From NCBI GenBank assembly GCA_964019425.1, contig OZ025806.1, forward strand, positions 1-64,000: 64,000 nt of DNA. Reading direction: 5' to 3'. Of the stretch, positions 11,408 through 22,300 are shown piece after piece. The first letter of the stretch is position 1; every line of letters starts with the position of its first letter. The position numbers and the translations under genes were made by a program. The notes below the pieces were generated by a model, which was not told the origin of the DNA, searched no databases, and saw only the letters and a program-made list of their open reading frames with translations. Source of the stretch: Flectonema sp. DT1601 (taxonomy: Eukaryota).

Positions 11408-13741
11408 GAGGATGTGCAGAAACCCCCCCCCCCCCAATTTTTACCAGGCTATCCTGTGGGCACCTAACCCCTAATCCGAGCCCACCACCCCACGAAAATA
11501 CTATCCAAAAAACTCAAATCCGGTACTGGGGCACCCTTTTACTGCCCACCAGTTTAAAAACTTCACTTTTTTGACTGTTTCTAGTAACAATTGCCTTGTA
11601 AGCTGTGTAACACTGTGGTAGAAAGTATGTTCATAAATTGTTTTTCCTGAAGGCGCTCAGAAATTGTATAAAAGAATAGATACAACTTGTACTTATTATT
11701 ATGCATATTTCAGCTTTTTTCCTTTCAAACTGTGGGGGTGTTCATCCCGCTTAAGCTTTTTTTTTTTCTTCTCTTTCTCTTGTTTTTCTGATTCCAGTTT
11801 CCTGGCCTTTAACTCCTCGAATAAGTTTTGTTTTCTCTCTCTTGCCCGTGCAAGAGTCCGAGTAAGACTGCCATGCTCTTCTTCAACAGGTTCAGGAGCA
11901 GGTTTATCATCATCACTGCTGAGATCATCGTCGTAATGCGGGTCATTCATCGGGAGCTTGTTGCTAATTTTAGGGACAAAGGTAAGCTTCCTTTGCTTCT
12001 CTTTAAGTTGAAGTTCAAAGCAATCCTCAGGATCTGAACCTGAAAGGGGGCTCACAAAGATCTTATCGTTGATCCTTTGAAAACAGCTGATGGAAGTGAT
12101 GTCTCGGATGTCATATTCTCCGACTGTAAAGTCTTGTTTGCGGAATCGAGTGTACAATGCAGTAGTGTTTGCGATCATAGGCTCGATTGCCGCTTTGACA
12201 TCTTGGAGCGTACAGATTTTCCGCGACTTGGACGCGAGTGTCAGTGCAGATGTGACATTGCCGAAGTGACGGTCACACTCAGACTTGCCATGCCGACCAG
12301 GGAAAAAGTTAACCGAGCTGATTAACTTATTCTGCAGAAGAGAACTGATGACGGTTTTATTCTCAAAGTGTTTACCGGCATCAGCCCAAAAATGAATCAT
12401 CTTGTCCTTCCCATGCATCAAGAAGAACTTCTTCAGAACCAGATAAGTCACTGCGGCACCCTGGTTGATGTGTGGGAGGAGAAAGTCGATATGGTTTCGC
12501 TGAACCTCAGTTCCAAGCTGCTCATGTAGTACACATCCAAGTAGACTGTATTTCCCCTGTTGATAGAAAAGAGAATTTGGCTCTTCTGGCATCAGTGGAA
12601 GCTTCCCCTTCTCTTTGTAATCCAGGGTCATAATTATATGATCACCGGGATTAGATGTGTGTTCACGATACACCTGACACTGCTCCCTTGCTTCGTCGAT
12701 GTGGGAATCTATCTCGATAATTCCTTTGATATACTTCTCAGCTTCAGGCTTGTCGCGCCGTGGAAGGCTGTCCCGCTGATGTAGAAGGCTCCAAAGACCC
12801 CACCCATTACGCCGACCAGCATCCCAGATACATGTGGTGAAGACTGAAGACGTTAGGCGGGCAAGCTTGTTACGGAGACCCTTGCCTGTGAGACAGTAGT
12901 TGCACACATCTGTACGGCGTCGTAACTGCTGAAACTCTACTCCACGTAGAGAACGGTACTGTGTGTATGAGATGGTGTCTTTTAGAGGGGGGTAATCGTA
13001 GACTAGTTGATACGAGGTCATCATGTTTTCAACAGTAACTGCCTCTCCCCTTCTTTTTGATTCGCGGATGAGTTTCTTGCTGGTACTACTAGAGGCCGCA
13101 AGGTGTTCATCTCGAACCTGATTTTTCATGTCGGGTGTTACAACTGATGGGCGACCACCGACATCCACCACCTTGGCTTTGTTCTTCCATAAATCTTTTC
13201 CTACTTTTATCCCAGTCTTGTTCACTTCTGCCATTCCCCAGCCACTGGAACATAGAGCCTGTAGCAGTGCCCTCTGATGAAGCAGCTCTAGATTCTCGAA
13301 AAACTCTGGTAATCCCAAGGGTGTACTTGTTTTGAGCAGCATTGCTTGACCCATCACTGCCAGCAAGAGTGACCCAGGATTACCACCCGATATCGTACTC
13401 AGCAGTTCTCTCACGGACTGTATTATTCTCCATGTCTCACCATTACTTGTCCTATCATTCCAGTTCTCAAAGGAACTCAGAGTTCTAACAAATTTCTGCA
13501 ATGTAGTTCCTAAGCTCATTTTTGAGTATTTTAGGGGTAACTAACAGAGGTATAAGGCAAATGTTACTAGAAACAGTCAAAAAAGTGAAATTTTTAAACT
13601 GGTGGGCAGTAAAAGGGTGCCCCAGTACCGGATTTGAGTTTTTTGGATAGTATTTTCGTGGGGTGGTGGGCTCGGATTGGGTGTTAGGTGCCCACGGGAT
13701 AGCCTGGTAAAAATTGGGGGGGGGGGTTTCTGCACCGCCTC
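11408..13741 (-). mobile_element. Sola2-like DNA transposon, apparently intact
   Basis: ~190-bp TIRs (11408-11600 / 13551-13741) with GAG...CTC termini. ATAT 4-bp TSD (11404-11407, 13742-13745) is confirmed against the empty site in spacer copy 2. Confidence 0.85.
11699..13519 (-). CDS. Sola2-type DDD transposase, 606 aa
   Basis: ATG ORF inside the TIRs. DVCNYC, IMTLDYKEK, FWADAGKHFEN and FFPGRHGKSECDRHFG resemble Sola2 catalytic motifs; K-rich NLS-like tail. Confidence 0.8.
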   Translation of the reverse strand: MSLGTTLQKFVRTLSSFENWNDRTSNGETWRIIQSVRELLSTISGGNPGSLLLAVMGQAMLLKTSTPLGLPEFFENLELLHQRALLQALCSSGWGMAEVNKTGIKVGKDLWKNKAKVVDVGGRPSVVTPDMKNQVRDEHLAASSSTSKKLIRESKRRGEAVTVENMMTSYQLVYDYPPLKDTISYTQYRSLRGVEFQQLRRRTDVCNYCLTGKGLRNKLARLTSSVFTTCIWDAGRRNGWGLWSLLHQRDSLPRRDKPEAEKYIKGIIEIDSHIDEAREQCQVYREHTSNPGDHIIMTLDYKEKGKLPLMPEEPNSLFYQQGKYSLLGCVLHEQLGTEVQRNHIDFLLPHINQGAAVTYLVLKKFFLMHGKDKMIHFWADAGKHFENKTVISSLLQNKLISSVNFFPGRHGKSECDRHFGNVTSALTLASKSRKICTLQDVKAAIEPMIANTTALYTRFRKQDFTVGEYDIRDITSISCFQRINDKIFVSPLSGSDPEDCFELQLKEKQRKLTFVPKISNKLPMNDPHYDDDLSSDDDKPAPEPVEEEHGSLTRTLARARERKQNLFEELKARKLESEKQEKEKKKKKLKRDEHPHSLKGKKLKYA

Positions 13742-13827
13742 ATATATTAAGATTTTTACGTAAGCACGGTAAGTTTTCATACATTTTCTTCTGCTTGGCA
13801 AACAGAGGTGTACAGGCAATAAAAAAA

Positions 13828-13938
13828 CCCCAAAAGAAGAGAATTCTTCCTAAGAGGTTAGCTAAATATTCTAAGCAAGCTTAGATATTGAGACTGTACC
13901 AATAAAGTACAGAAACTGTAGCTTTAGAATCGTTGGTT
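13828..13938 (-). ncRNA. Spliced-leader RNA gene (39-nt exon 13938-13900; intron starts GTACAG)
   Basis: Minus strand reads AACCAACGATTCTAAAGCTACAGTTTCTGTACTTTATTG|GTACAG, a euglenozoan (diplonemid-type) SL; ends at a T7 tract (13821-13827). Confidence 0.95.
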
Positions 13939-14046
13939 AACCTTAAAAAGTAATTACCCCAGGTAATTAGAAATTGCGTGGCTTTTAGAACTACTAGCTA
14001 GTAGTAGCAGAAATGCTTGCTTGCGGGTAGGGAAGCAAGATAAAAA

Positions 14047-14165
14047 GCCTGCAAGCACCCGGGGTTCCCACGTGATCACTCACCGCAGTACTAACCAGGC
14101 CTGCTGGTGCTTAACTTCCCAAATCGGGCGGGATGGGGTGCATTCACCAGAGTATGGCCGCAGGC
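14047..14165 (-). rRNA. 5S rRNA gene
   Basis: 119 nt GCCTGCGGCCATAC...GAAGTTAAGC...GGTTAGTACT...GCAGGC with complementary ends, followed by a T5 Pol III terminator. Confidence 0.96.
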
Positions 14166-14178
14166 AATAGCAGATTTC

Positions 14179-15830
14179 TTTTTTTTTTTTTTTTTTGGTT
14201 ACACTCGTCTGTGCTTCCAGACTCTTTGTTTTTGTTCTTTTCACTTCTTTGTTTTGTCTTTCTTTTATACTTTCTTTTGGTTTAAGTCTGACAAATTGGA
14301 AAACACGGGAAACATAGGTAGGCTCCGCCTGAGGACGTAAGAAGAGCGGCAACGGAAAAGAATAAATGGTCACGCGTCCTTGAAATTGGACACATGAAGC
14401 CAATTCGGTTGCCATTCCTACCATCGATAAGGAAAACAAAGAGTCGAGCATATAACTAGAGCGGTGGTCAAAGACCACTTGAACAGCCCGAAGGGCTGCC
14501 CTCAAGAGAAATTTATAAGGAGAATAGGAGAAGAAGGAGACAGGAGTGTTGGAAGAGACACTGCGACAACACCGAAGGTGATGTGCAGTTACCCAACCAG
14601 GAGATGATTGGTAATGATGAAAATACTAAATATTGATAAAACACTTAAATGGCGACTACGTGTCACCTACACAATTCCAAAGTCTCAGGTTGGATGCTTG
14701 TTCCATCCACCTGATCAACATCGCTACTGAAGGAAGCCAGCTGGTGGCAAAGATTGCGCCAAGACTGGCAGGAGTGCCGTTGATGAGGATTAGATCACTT
14801 GATCGGTCCCATTTGCCTGTCAATGTAGAAAAGCCAAGGATTTCATATCTGGCTGCATCGAGTTTCTGTGATGGACAGCCTACGAGTAGGTGGAGTTGGT
14901 TGGATGGAGCGCTATGGCAGAATGGACATTTGATGGCTTTCCGCCAGTTTTGCATCAGTGGATGACACCCCGTTCTGAAATTCGCAATTCTGATTTCATC
15001 GCTCCTTTTCATGCCGGGAGGATATTTTATCGCGGCACCTTTGACGGTGTTTTTATAGCAGGTGTAACCAATTCTGTTCCAAATGTCCTTCGTGATCCCC
15101 CTCCTCACTCGGGATTTGTGATAGAAGAAGGATCCTCGGATTGGGATTTGAGGGAGGTATCTGTTGTGAGCCGACTTCTTAGCAAGTTCATCAACTTCGT
15201 CGTGTGCTTCTATCCCCATGTGAGAAGGGATGAATTGAAGATGTACTTTCATACCGCAGTTCCGTAGGTTCTCGAGGATGCCGAGGGATCTGGTGTTTCT
15301 CTGTTTACACCTGCCACCCTTCAACTCGTCCAACAATGATTTTGAGTCGGTATAGATTCTGACTGACTTAGTTAACCCGTCTTTCTGTACCTTCCAGTTT
15401 AAGTAGTTTGCCGCATTTTTCAAGGCATGTTGCTCAGTTCTATAGCTGCAATCCGCACGCACTAATCTGGTCGCATGAGCACGTTTCTTTCCGTCTCGTG
15501 ACTTAGCAATGGGAGCCGCGCCTGACGCACTCGAAGAGTATGAACCGTCACAGTTGATCACCATGTCCACCGGAGGAAGTGTCGCGTTGTAGGTAAGGAA
15601 TTTCTCCCTGTCCACTGCGGGATCAGGGGATTTTATAAAACCGCAGCTGTTGCTGATTTGAACATTGCCCGAAGCAATCCAAGGTTTGATAGAGTCAGGT
15701 TGAACGATCCCCACGCTTTCTAGTTGACCTTCAGTACGGGGAATGAGGCCACCCCAGAAGCTTCGAGGCGATGCGAGTGAGTTGGTGTCCGGCACCCAGG
15801 TCATGGCTTTGTACCTGAAATAGGCGATTT
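14179..15830 (-). mobile_element. 5'-truncated Ingi/I-group non-LTR retrotransposon (copy A, diverged subfamily)
   Basis: Poly(A) at 14179-14196; 3' UTR nearly identical to copies B and C. Candidate TSD AAGAAAT (plus strand ATTTCTT at 14174-14180 and 15840-15846). Confidence 0.92.
14656..15830 (-). pseudogene. C-terminal part of ORF2 (RNase H + CCHC), truncated
   Basis: NCDGS, YTDS, FIPSHMGI..HDEVDELAK, CPFC..HLLVGC; collinear with the end of the full-length ORF2. Confidence 0.9.
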
Positions 15831-16001
15831 TTATTTTTTATTTCTTGGGAGTTCAGTGGGATGACCCACCACGAAAAAAAATTCGCAGAAAAGATTTAGT
15901 AGCAGAGTGGGGCTGGGGCTCGGTCTTAGCTTTAACGTTAACATAGGAGCGGCGAAAATTACGTCTTTCGGGGTGAAAAGCCAAAAAAAAAAATACATTA
16001 A

Positions 16002-17718
16002 CCCTTTAATAAGAGGCTGAAAACCCTGTTTTTGAGAAAAATCGAAAAATTTGACAAAGGGGAAAAGGGGTGTGGGGAAAAATACAAAAAAATTACAGGG
16101 TGAAAGACACCCCCCCGCGCATTGAAAAAAAACTGAGGTCAGCCCGCAAGGGGGCCAAAATAACTTGAGAAAATGCAACAACAGCCTAAAAAAACACTGT
16201 TGCTTAGGATCCCTGGGTTCGCTTTGATTTTGGCAATGTTGTAGGAGTAGAGTGCTTCCGTTTCATGTTTTTCGGTGGGATATGATTGTGTGTAGCAAAG
16301 GTATGGTTGTTGCAAACAGGGGCTGAATACTTGTCAATATTTTCGTGATATTGTTCGAAGCAGGGATCCACGCATAAGAAAACCTCGCTTTTTGAACAAG
16401 AAGTCGATGACCTTACTTTTTTTGAGAACAAATCCGTGAACTGCAGTCCCCAAAAATATCAAATTTTCGTAGGTAGTGACATTTTGTGTGAGTTTGGTGT
16501 GTTCCATGATCAATAAGTTGAGAACATGGCCTTTTTTTGAACTGAGCATATGTCCCGACGTCTTTTTCAGACTTCTTTTGGAGGGTGAAAACATTGAAGA
16601 TAGAAATCCCTAACAAGTAGTGAAAGACTTTCAGGGTCCAGCGTTTTGTCATCAGAGTTCTTCTTGCCTTCCCCCTGATACCGTCTACGAGGTCAACACC
16701 ACCCATTAGTTTGTTGTACTGATGGATCTGTACCGGTAAGTCGATGGTCACTTTTTGATGGATTTCCTTATTTTAGTCCATCACGTGGCTGTCTCATAAT
16801 TCTCCTCGAGAGGCAATGTGCTGAGGACATGTACTTCTTTTGGATTGCCCCTGAATTTATGTGATGCACATTGTGCTAGGACTGAAAGTACGAGGCAGAG
16901 AACTTCTCCACCCGTCCCTGCGCCTCCGCCTTATTGATCTCGGACCATTTGGGAACTATTGTTTCCCAAAAGCTGCGGATTTTGTAGAGCTTGTCAGCAG
17001 GTACGGGGTTGGTGACAGTGTAAAACTTTAGATAGGTTCGAATTTAGAGGAACCGATCTCAGGAAGCGAAGTGGGGTGTGTATGCTGGGTCTGATGTACC
17101 GTTCCTGTAATCTGAGATATTTGGTTTATTACAGAGACCCACGAGGATATTGAGTCCTAAAGAGAGTTTGAGTTCAGCTACGTTAAGATTGAGTGCCTAG
17201 TTGTTGCTGCAGTGCGAAATCATCTCATCACCTTTGGGGTGAACACAAGTTCAAATTTCTGCAGTTCCTTCATCAATTTCAGGTCTGACATGTTCTGCAA
17301 GGACCGCCGAAACGTGCGTCGTTTTACCTTGGTGATTTTCTTGCTCCATTTCAGAGGGGAAATGCTTGGCTCTATTGTACTCTTTTCATCGCTCGAAGAA
17401 GACTCAGGAGCACCCAAATCTGGGATAGGTGACCCTACTGAATCATTTTCGATGGAAATAGTTTTAGGGATTTTATTTTTTGGCCGAAAACATGGGATAG
17501 TCATGGGCAACCTGGCTAAGACTGTTCCCAGTGCAGAAAAAAAAAAATGAATTTTTTCTCAGAAAAAGCTGGTGATTTTTGCAGCACGATCCCACATAAA
17601 ATTTGTCGTTTTTTGGCAGCTCTGGCTCCACCCTTGTACTCACAAGGTACATTTTTCCCCTTTGTCAAAAAAAAAAAAACGCGAAAGGCCACTATAGTGG
17701 CCTTCAGGGCTTAAAGGG
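16002..17718 (-). mobile_element. piggyBac transposon with decayed transposase
   Basis: TTAA TSDs (15998-16001, 17719-17722) and CCCTTTAA...TTAAAGGG ends. Broken frames carry YNKLMGGVDLVD...KRWTLKVFHYLL and Cys-rich LCVDPCFEQYH. Confidence 0.9.
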
Positions 17719-17769
17719 TTAATAATATATATTAAGATTTTTACGTAAGCACGGTAAGTTTTCATACAA

Positions 17770-17948
17770 TCTTATTTAAGGGCAAGCGCCGACGTAAGTG
17801 GAAGACCTCTTCACCAGAATCTCTAAAATCAAAAGGCAGTCACCTGAAAGACCAACTGAAGAAGGGGAACAGCTTTAACTTCGCCTTCAAGAAGATTAAA
17901 GAACTCCAACAGGACGCTGGTAAGGACATCAGCGTATCAAATATATCA
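17770..17948 (+). pseudogene. Inverted internal fragment of a related retrotransposon ORF2
   Basis: Translates LFKGKRRRKWKTSSPESLKSKGSHLKDQLKKGNSFNFAFKKIKELQQDAGKDISVSNIS, matching ORF2 LFKGKRGRKWKTSTPDS...FAFKKIKELQQDAGKDISVNNIS. Confidence 0.85.
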
Positions 17949-18149
17949 TCAAATCCTACTTTCAAAACTACAAAGAATGGGCATCCAGCACTCTCATCGT
18001 GAGAGTCAAAACCCTCCTTCTCTTTTCTTCTCCTGCTAGCCCTTTCTCCACTTCTTGTACTAGCCGCATCACATCCAAAAGCAGCTCCTTACAACTGTCA
18101 AAATTCCATTTAGGTAATTTGCCACCGAAACTGAGCACCAAACAAAAAC

Positions 18150-18222
18150 CGCCGTCAGCGGGTTTTGAACCCTCGACCGCCATTCTTGCAGACCGGCGTT
18201 CTATCAATTGAGCTATGTAGCC
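18150..18222 (-). tRNA. Degenerate tRNA-like Pol III gene or pseudogene (isotype uncertain)
   Basis: GGCTACATAGCTCAATTGATAGAACG...GGTCGAGGGTTCAAAACCCGCTGACGGC, with A box, B box, ~73 nt length and a T5 downstream. Acceptor and anticodon stems are mismatched. Confidence 0.65.
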
Positions 18223-18238
18223 ACATAATCGACATTCC

Positions 18239-18904
18239 TTTTTTTTTTTTTTTTTGGTTACACTCGTCTGTGCTACCAAACTCTTTGTTTTTGTTCTTTT
18301 CACTTCTATGTTTTGTCTTTCTTTTATACTTTCTTTTTTGACTTAAGTCTGACAAATTGGAAAACACGGGAAACATAGGTAGGCTCCGCCTGAGGACGTA
18401 AGAAGAGCGGCAACGGAAAAAATAAATGGTCACGCGTCCTTGAAATTGGACACACGAAGCTAATTCGGTTACCATTCCTACCATCGATAAGGAAAACAAA
18501 GAATCGAGCATATAACTTGAGCGGTGGTCAAAGACCACTTGAACAGCCCGAAGGCCTGCCCTCAAGAGAAATTAATAAGGAGAATAGGAGAAGAAGGAGA
18601 AAGGAGTATTGGAAGGGACACTGAGACAACACCGAAGGTGATGTGCAGTTACCCAACCAGGAGATGATTGATAATGATGAACATACTAAAAATAATAACA
18701 AGTTGATATTGGCGACTACATGTCACCTACTTTACTTCCAAAGTCTAAGGTTAGATGTTTGTTCCATCCACCTTATGATCAACGCGAGTGATGGAAGCCA
18801 CGCCAAAGTGAAGAGAGCTTCAAGGTTAGGAATTTCGTTGGCAATAATAAGTTCTCGATCGCGATCCCACTTGCCGGTCAGTGTTGAGAAGCCCAGGATT
18901 TTGA
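18239..18904 (-). mobile_element. Short 5'-truncated retrotransposon (copy B)
   Basis: Poly(A), 3' UTR and the last ~56 codons of ORF2; bounded by ATTCCTTTT at 18234-18242 and 18905-18913. Confidence 0.92.
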
Positions 18905-19395
18905 ATTCCTTTTTTTTTTTTTCGGTTACACTCGTCTGTGCTTCCAGACTCTTTGTTTTTGTTCTTTTCACTTCTTTGTTTTGTCTTTCTTTTATACTTT
19001 CTTTTGGTTTAAGTCTGACAAATTGGAAAACACGGGAAACATAGGTAGGCCCCGCCTGAGGACGTAAGAAGAGCGGCAACGGAAAAATAAATGGTCACGC
19101 GTCCTTGAAATTGGACACATGAAGCTAATTCAGTTACCATTCCTACCATCGATAAGGAAAACAAAGAATCGAGCATATAACTAGAGCGGTGGTCAAAGAC
19201 CACTTGAACAGCCCGAAGGCCTGCCCTCAAGAGAAATTTATAAGGAGAATAGGAGAAGAAGGAGACAGGAGTGTTGGATGAGACACTGCGACAACACCGA
19301 AGGTGATGTGCAGTTACCCAACCAGGAGATGATTGATAATGATGAAAATACTAAAATAATAACAAATTGATATTGGCGACTACATGTCACCTACT

Positions 19396-22300
19396 TTACT
19401 TCCAAAGTCTAAGGTTAGATGTTTGTTCCATCCACCTTATGATCAACGCGAGTGATGGAAGCCACGCCAAAGTGAAGAGAGCTTCAAGGTTAGGAATTTC
19501 GTTGGCAATAATAAGTTCTCGATCGCGATCCCACTTGCCGGTCAGTGTTGAGAAGCCCAGGATTTTGAACCTGGCCGAGTTGAGTTTGGGAGATTGACAT
19601 CCCTGCAGCAGGTGAACCTGTGAGGACGGTTCGCCACAAAATGGGCAGTCGATCGTCTTGCGCCAGTTCTGAATTAGCGGGTGACATCCTGTCCGGAAGT
19701 TCGCTATCCGTATCTCGTCGGCTCTTTCCATCCCAGGAGGGTATTTAACGGAACGGCCTCTGATGAGGTGTTTGTAGCAGGTGTAACCACTCACGTTAAG
19801 CAGATCCTTTTTGATGCAGCGCTTAACATGTGATGATCGCGAGAAGTAAGTGCCTTTGACTAGCACAGGTCGGATGTTCTTGTTGTGCGCTGCTTCCTTT
19901 GCAAGCGCGTCAACTTCATCGTGAAACTCGATTCCAATGTGCGAGGGGATGAATTGCAAATGCACTTTCATTTCACACATGCGCAGGTATTCCAGTATCT
20001 TCAAGGACTCAGTATTCTTCTGTCTGCACCTTCCACCCAGCAGTTCATCCAGAAGGGATTTTGAGTCCGTGAATATCCTTACGGATTTCATTGAACGATC
20101 TTTGCTAAACACCGTTTTCAGATGTCTAGCCGCGTTCTTCAGAGCATGTTGTTCAGTCCTGTAGCTGCAGTCAGCTTGATAAAGCCTAGACGCGTATGCA
20201 GATCGAAGGCCGCTACGTGACTTGGCAATATGAGCCGCACCGGCCGCGCCGGAAGCAGAGTAAGAACCATCGCAGTTGATTACCATGTCGACAGGAGGTA
20301 ACGTTCCAATGTACGACATGAATTTTTCTTTGTCCACCGCAGGGTTCGCGGACTTCGGAAATCCGCAGCTGTTGCTAATCCTAAGGTTCGTCGGAGATAC
20401 CCAGGGTTCCATCGAGTCAGGCTGCACTAAGCACTGGCTTTCACGCTGACTATCAGTGCCAGGGATTAGGCCAGCCCAGTAGCTTTGTGTTGAGGCGAGT
20501 CTGTTTGTATTAGGTATCCAAGTCATGGCTTTATACCTGTAGTACGCAATTTTTGTCTGCTTTTCAATCTGACGTTTAAAAGGATACATGTCAGACTCCC
20601 ACAACAGTAACTCTCTTGGCGTACACTTGCTGCATCCAGTAACCAGTCTGGCGACCTTCCTCAGTTCGAAGTCGATGCTGTCAACGCTGCTGCTTATCAG
20701 CCAACCAAAACTGTCAAGCGCATACGAGATTCTCGCGGTTACATAAAGGTTCTTAACCATGTTAAGAGTCTTGTAGTCCAGTTCGTACGGCTGGAGGCAC
20801 TGCAGAAGTGATATCCCCCTCTTTAATTCTTCGTGAATCTTGCCTACTTGTTTGTGGAAGGTGAGCCTGTCGTCGATGTGAACCCCGAGGTATTTTACTG
20901 AGTCGACTATCGGTAACAGAAAGGCAGTTTTGAATATTGCTCTCACAACCATAATGCTGTCCTCACGAACGACGTATTGCAGCATCAAGTTGTCGAGTTC
21001 TTCTTGTGTCTTGATTGGGATTCCTCCAATTTCAAGAATCGTTTCGCCACTTTGAAGCATGGGTCTGGGTGATTTGAGATTGATATGATTCTCGATGTCA
21101 CCATAGTCAAGTTTAAGCATGCGTTCCTCAACAGATCTAGAGAAAGGCAGTTCGCGATTACACGTATCGTTTAGTACTATGCCCTTCGAGCGAACATTCA
21201 TCTTAAGCGCACAGGTTTTGGAGACTGATAAGGCCATGTCGTTTTCAAAACACCATTGATCCACTTTGTCGAGTACTAACTGAGCATTCGAAAGAGCTTC
21301 TTCCATGTTTGATCCTGACACCACACATGCTGTGTCATCCGCATACAGAGCAGACGTCGTTGTTTCCTTCTCCAGTTCCAAAATCTTGCAGAGGTCATCA
21401 ACGTAGATAAGATAGAGAAGAGGACCCAGGATCGATCCCTGGGGAACCCCCTTAGCCAGAGTACGGAATTCGCTAAAATACCCATTCGCTTCAACTCTAA
21501 CCTTCCTGTTTGTAAGAAAGTCTGTGATCCATCTGATAATAACATTCGGAACACCCATCTTTACTAATTTTAATAAAAGTATCTTATGGTTGATCCTGTC
21601 AAACGCAGCAGTAAAGTCGAATGACAAGAACACTGATCTCTTTTCTTCCATGTGGCTCCTTACGATAGCATCTACTAGAACGGTGATCTGCTCGCAGGTA
21701 TTTCTCCCCTTTCTGAATCCAGCCTGTAGTGGGCTGAGCGACGAATGTTTTGTGAGCCAGTGCATGAGTCGGTCATACACGAGCCTCTCCGCAAGTTTCC
21801 CAACAACCGAGGTGAGCGTTATTGGTCTGAAACTCTTTAGTTCATTACGAGGTTTCCCTGCCTTGAACATGGGCTTGATTAGTCCCTGTTTCCATTGGTA
21901 CGGTACTTTTGAAGTCTTCCAGGAAGTGTTAATAATTCTCAAGAGGTATTCCACTGTTGCCGGAGTGAAGTTTTTGATCATCTCATTGTGAACTCCATCA
22001 GGTCCTGCAGCCTTGCGGGTCTTCAGGTTCTTAATCGCAGCTTTAATTTCAGCCATTGTGAAATCACAGCAAATATCTATTTCATTATCACCTTCTGAGA
22101 GTGCGGGGGCCTCTAGCGATAATATTTCCGATTTCGAGACAAACAGGTCCAAGAATGCTGATGGGAGATCGCAGTCAGAGATGTTGTTGACACTGATATC
22201 CTTACCAGCATCTTGCTGCAGTTCTTTGATCTTCTTAAACGCAAAGGCAAAGTTGTTACCCTTGTCAAGTTGATCACGTAGGTGGACACCCTTCGATTTG

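Larger units (their letters stand above)
11264..13783. repeat. 5S/SL repeat-unit intergenic spacer, copy 1 (11264-11407 + 13746-13783, split by the Sola2 element)
   Basis: Near-identical to 15866-16001 + 17723-17768 once the two transposons are removed (CCACCACGAAAAAAAATTCGCAG...ATACATTAATAATATATATTAAGATTTTTACGTAAGCACGG). Confidence 0.9.

Noticed and set aside
4..11409. Three ~3,700-aa (LRVCGFAG)n ORFs
   Set aside because: Artefact of a stop-free 8-mer repeat: all three frames give the same peptide and none has an ATG.
14080..19230. Repeated MRA(A/G)LRAVQVVFDHRSS ORFs (14080, 18155, 19009)
   Set aside because: Non-ATG frames in the retrotransposon 3' UTR that frameshift between copies and run through poly(A).
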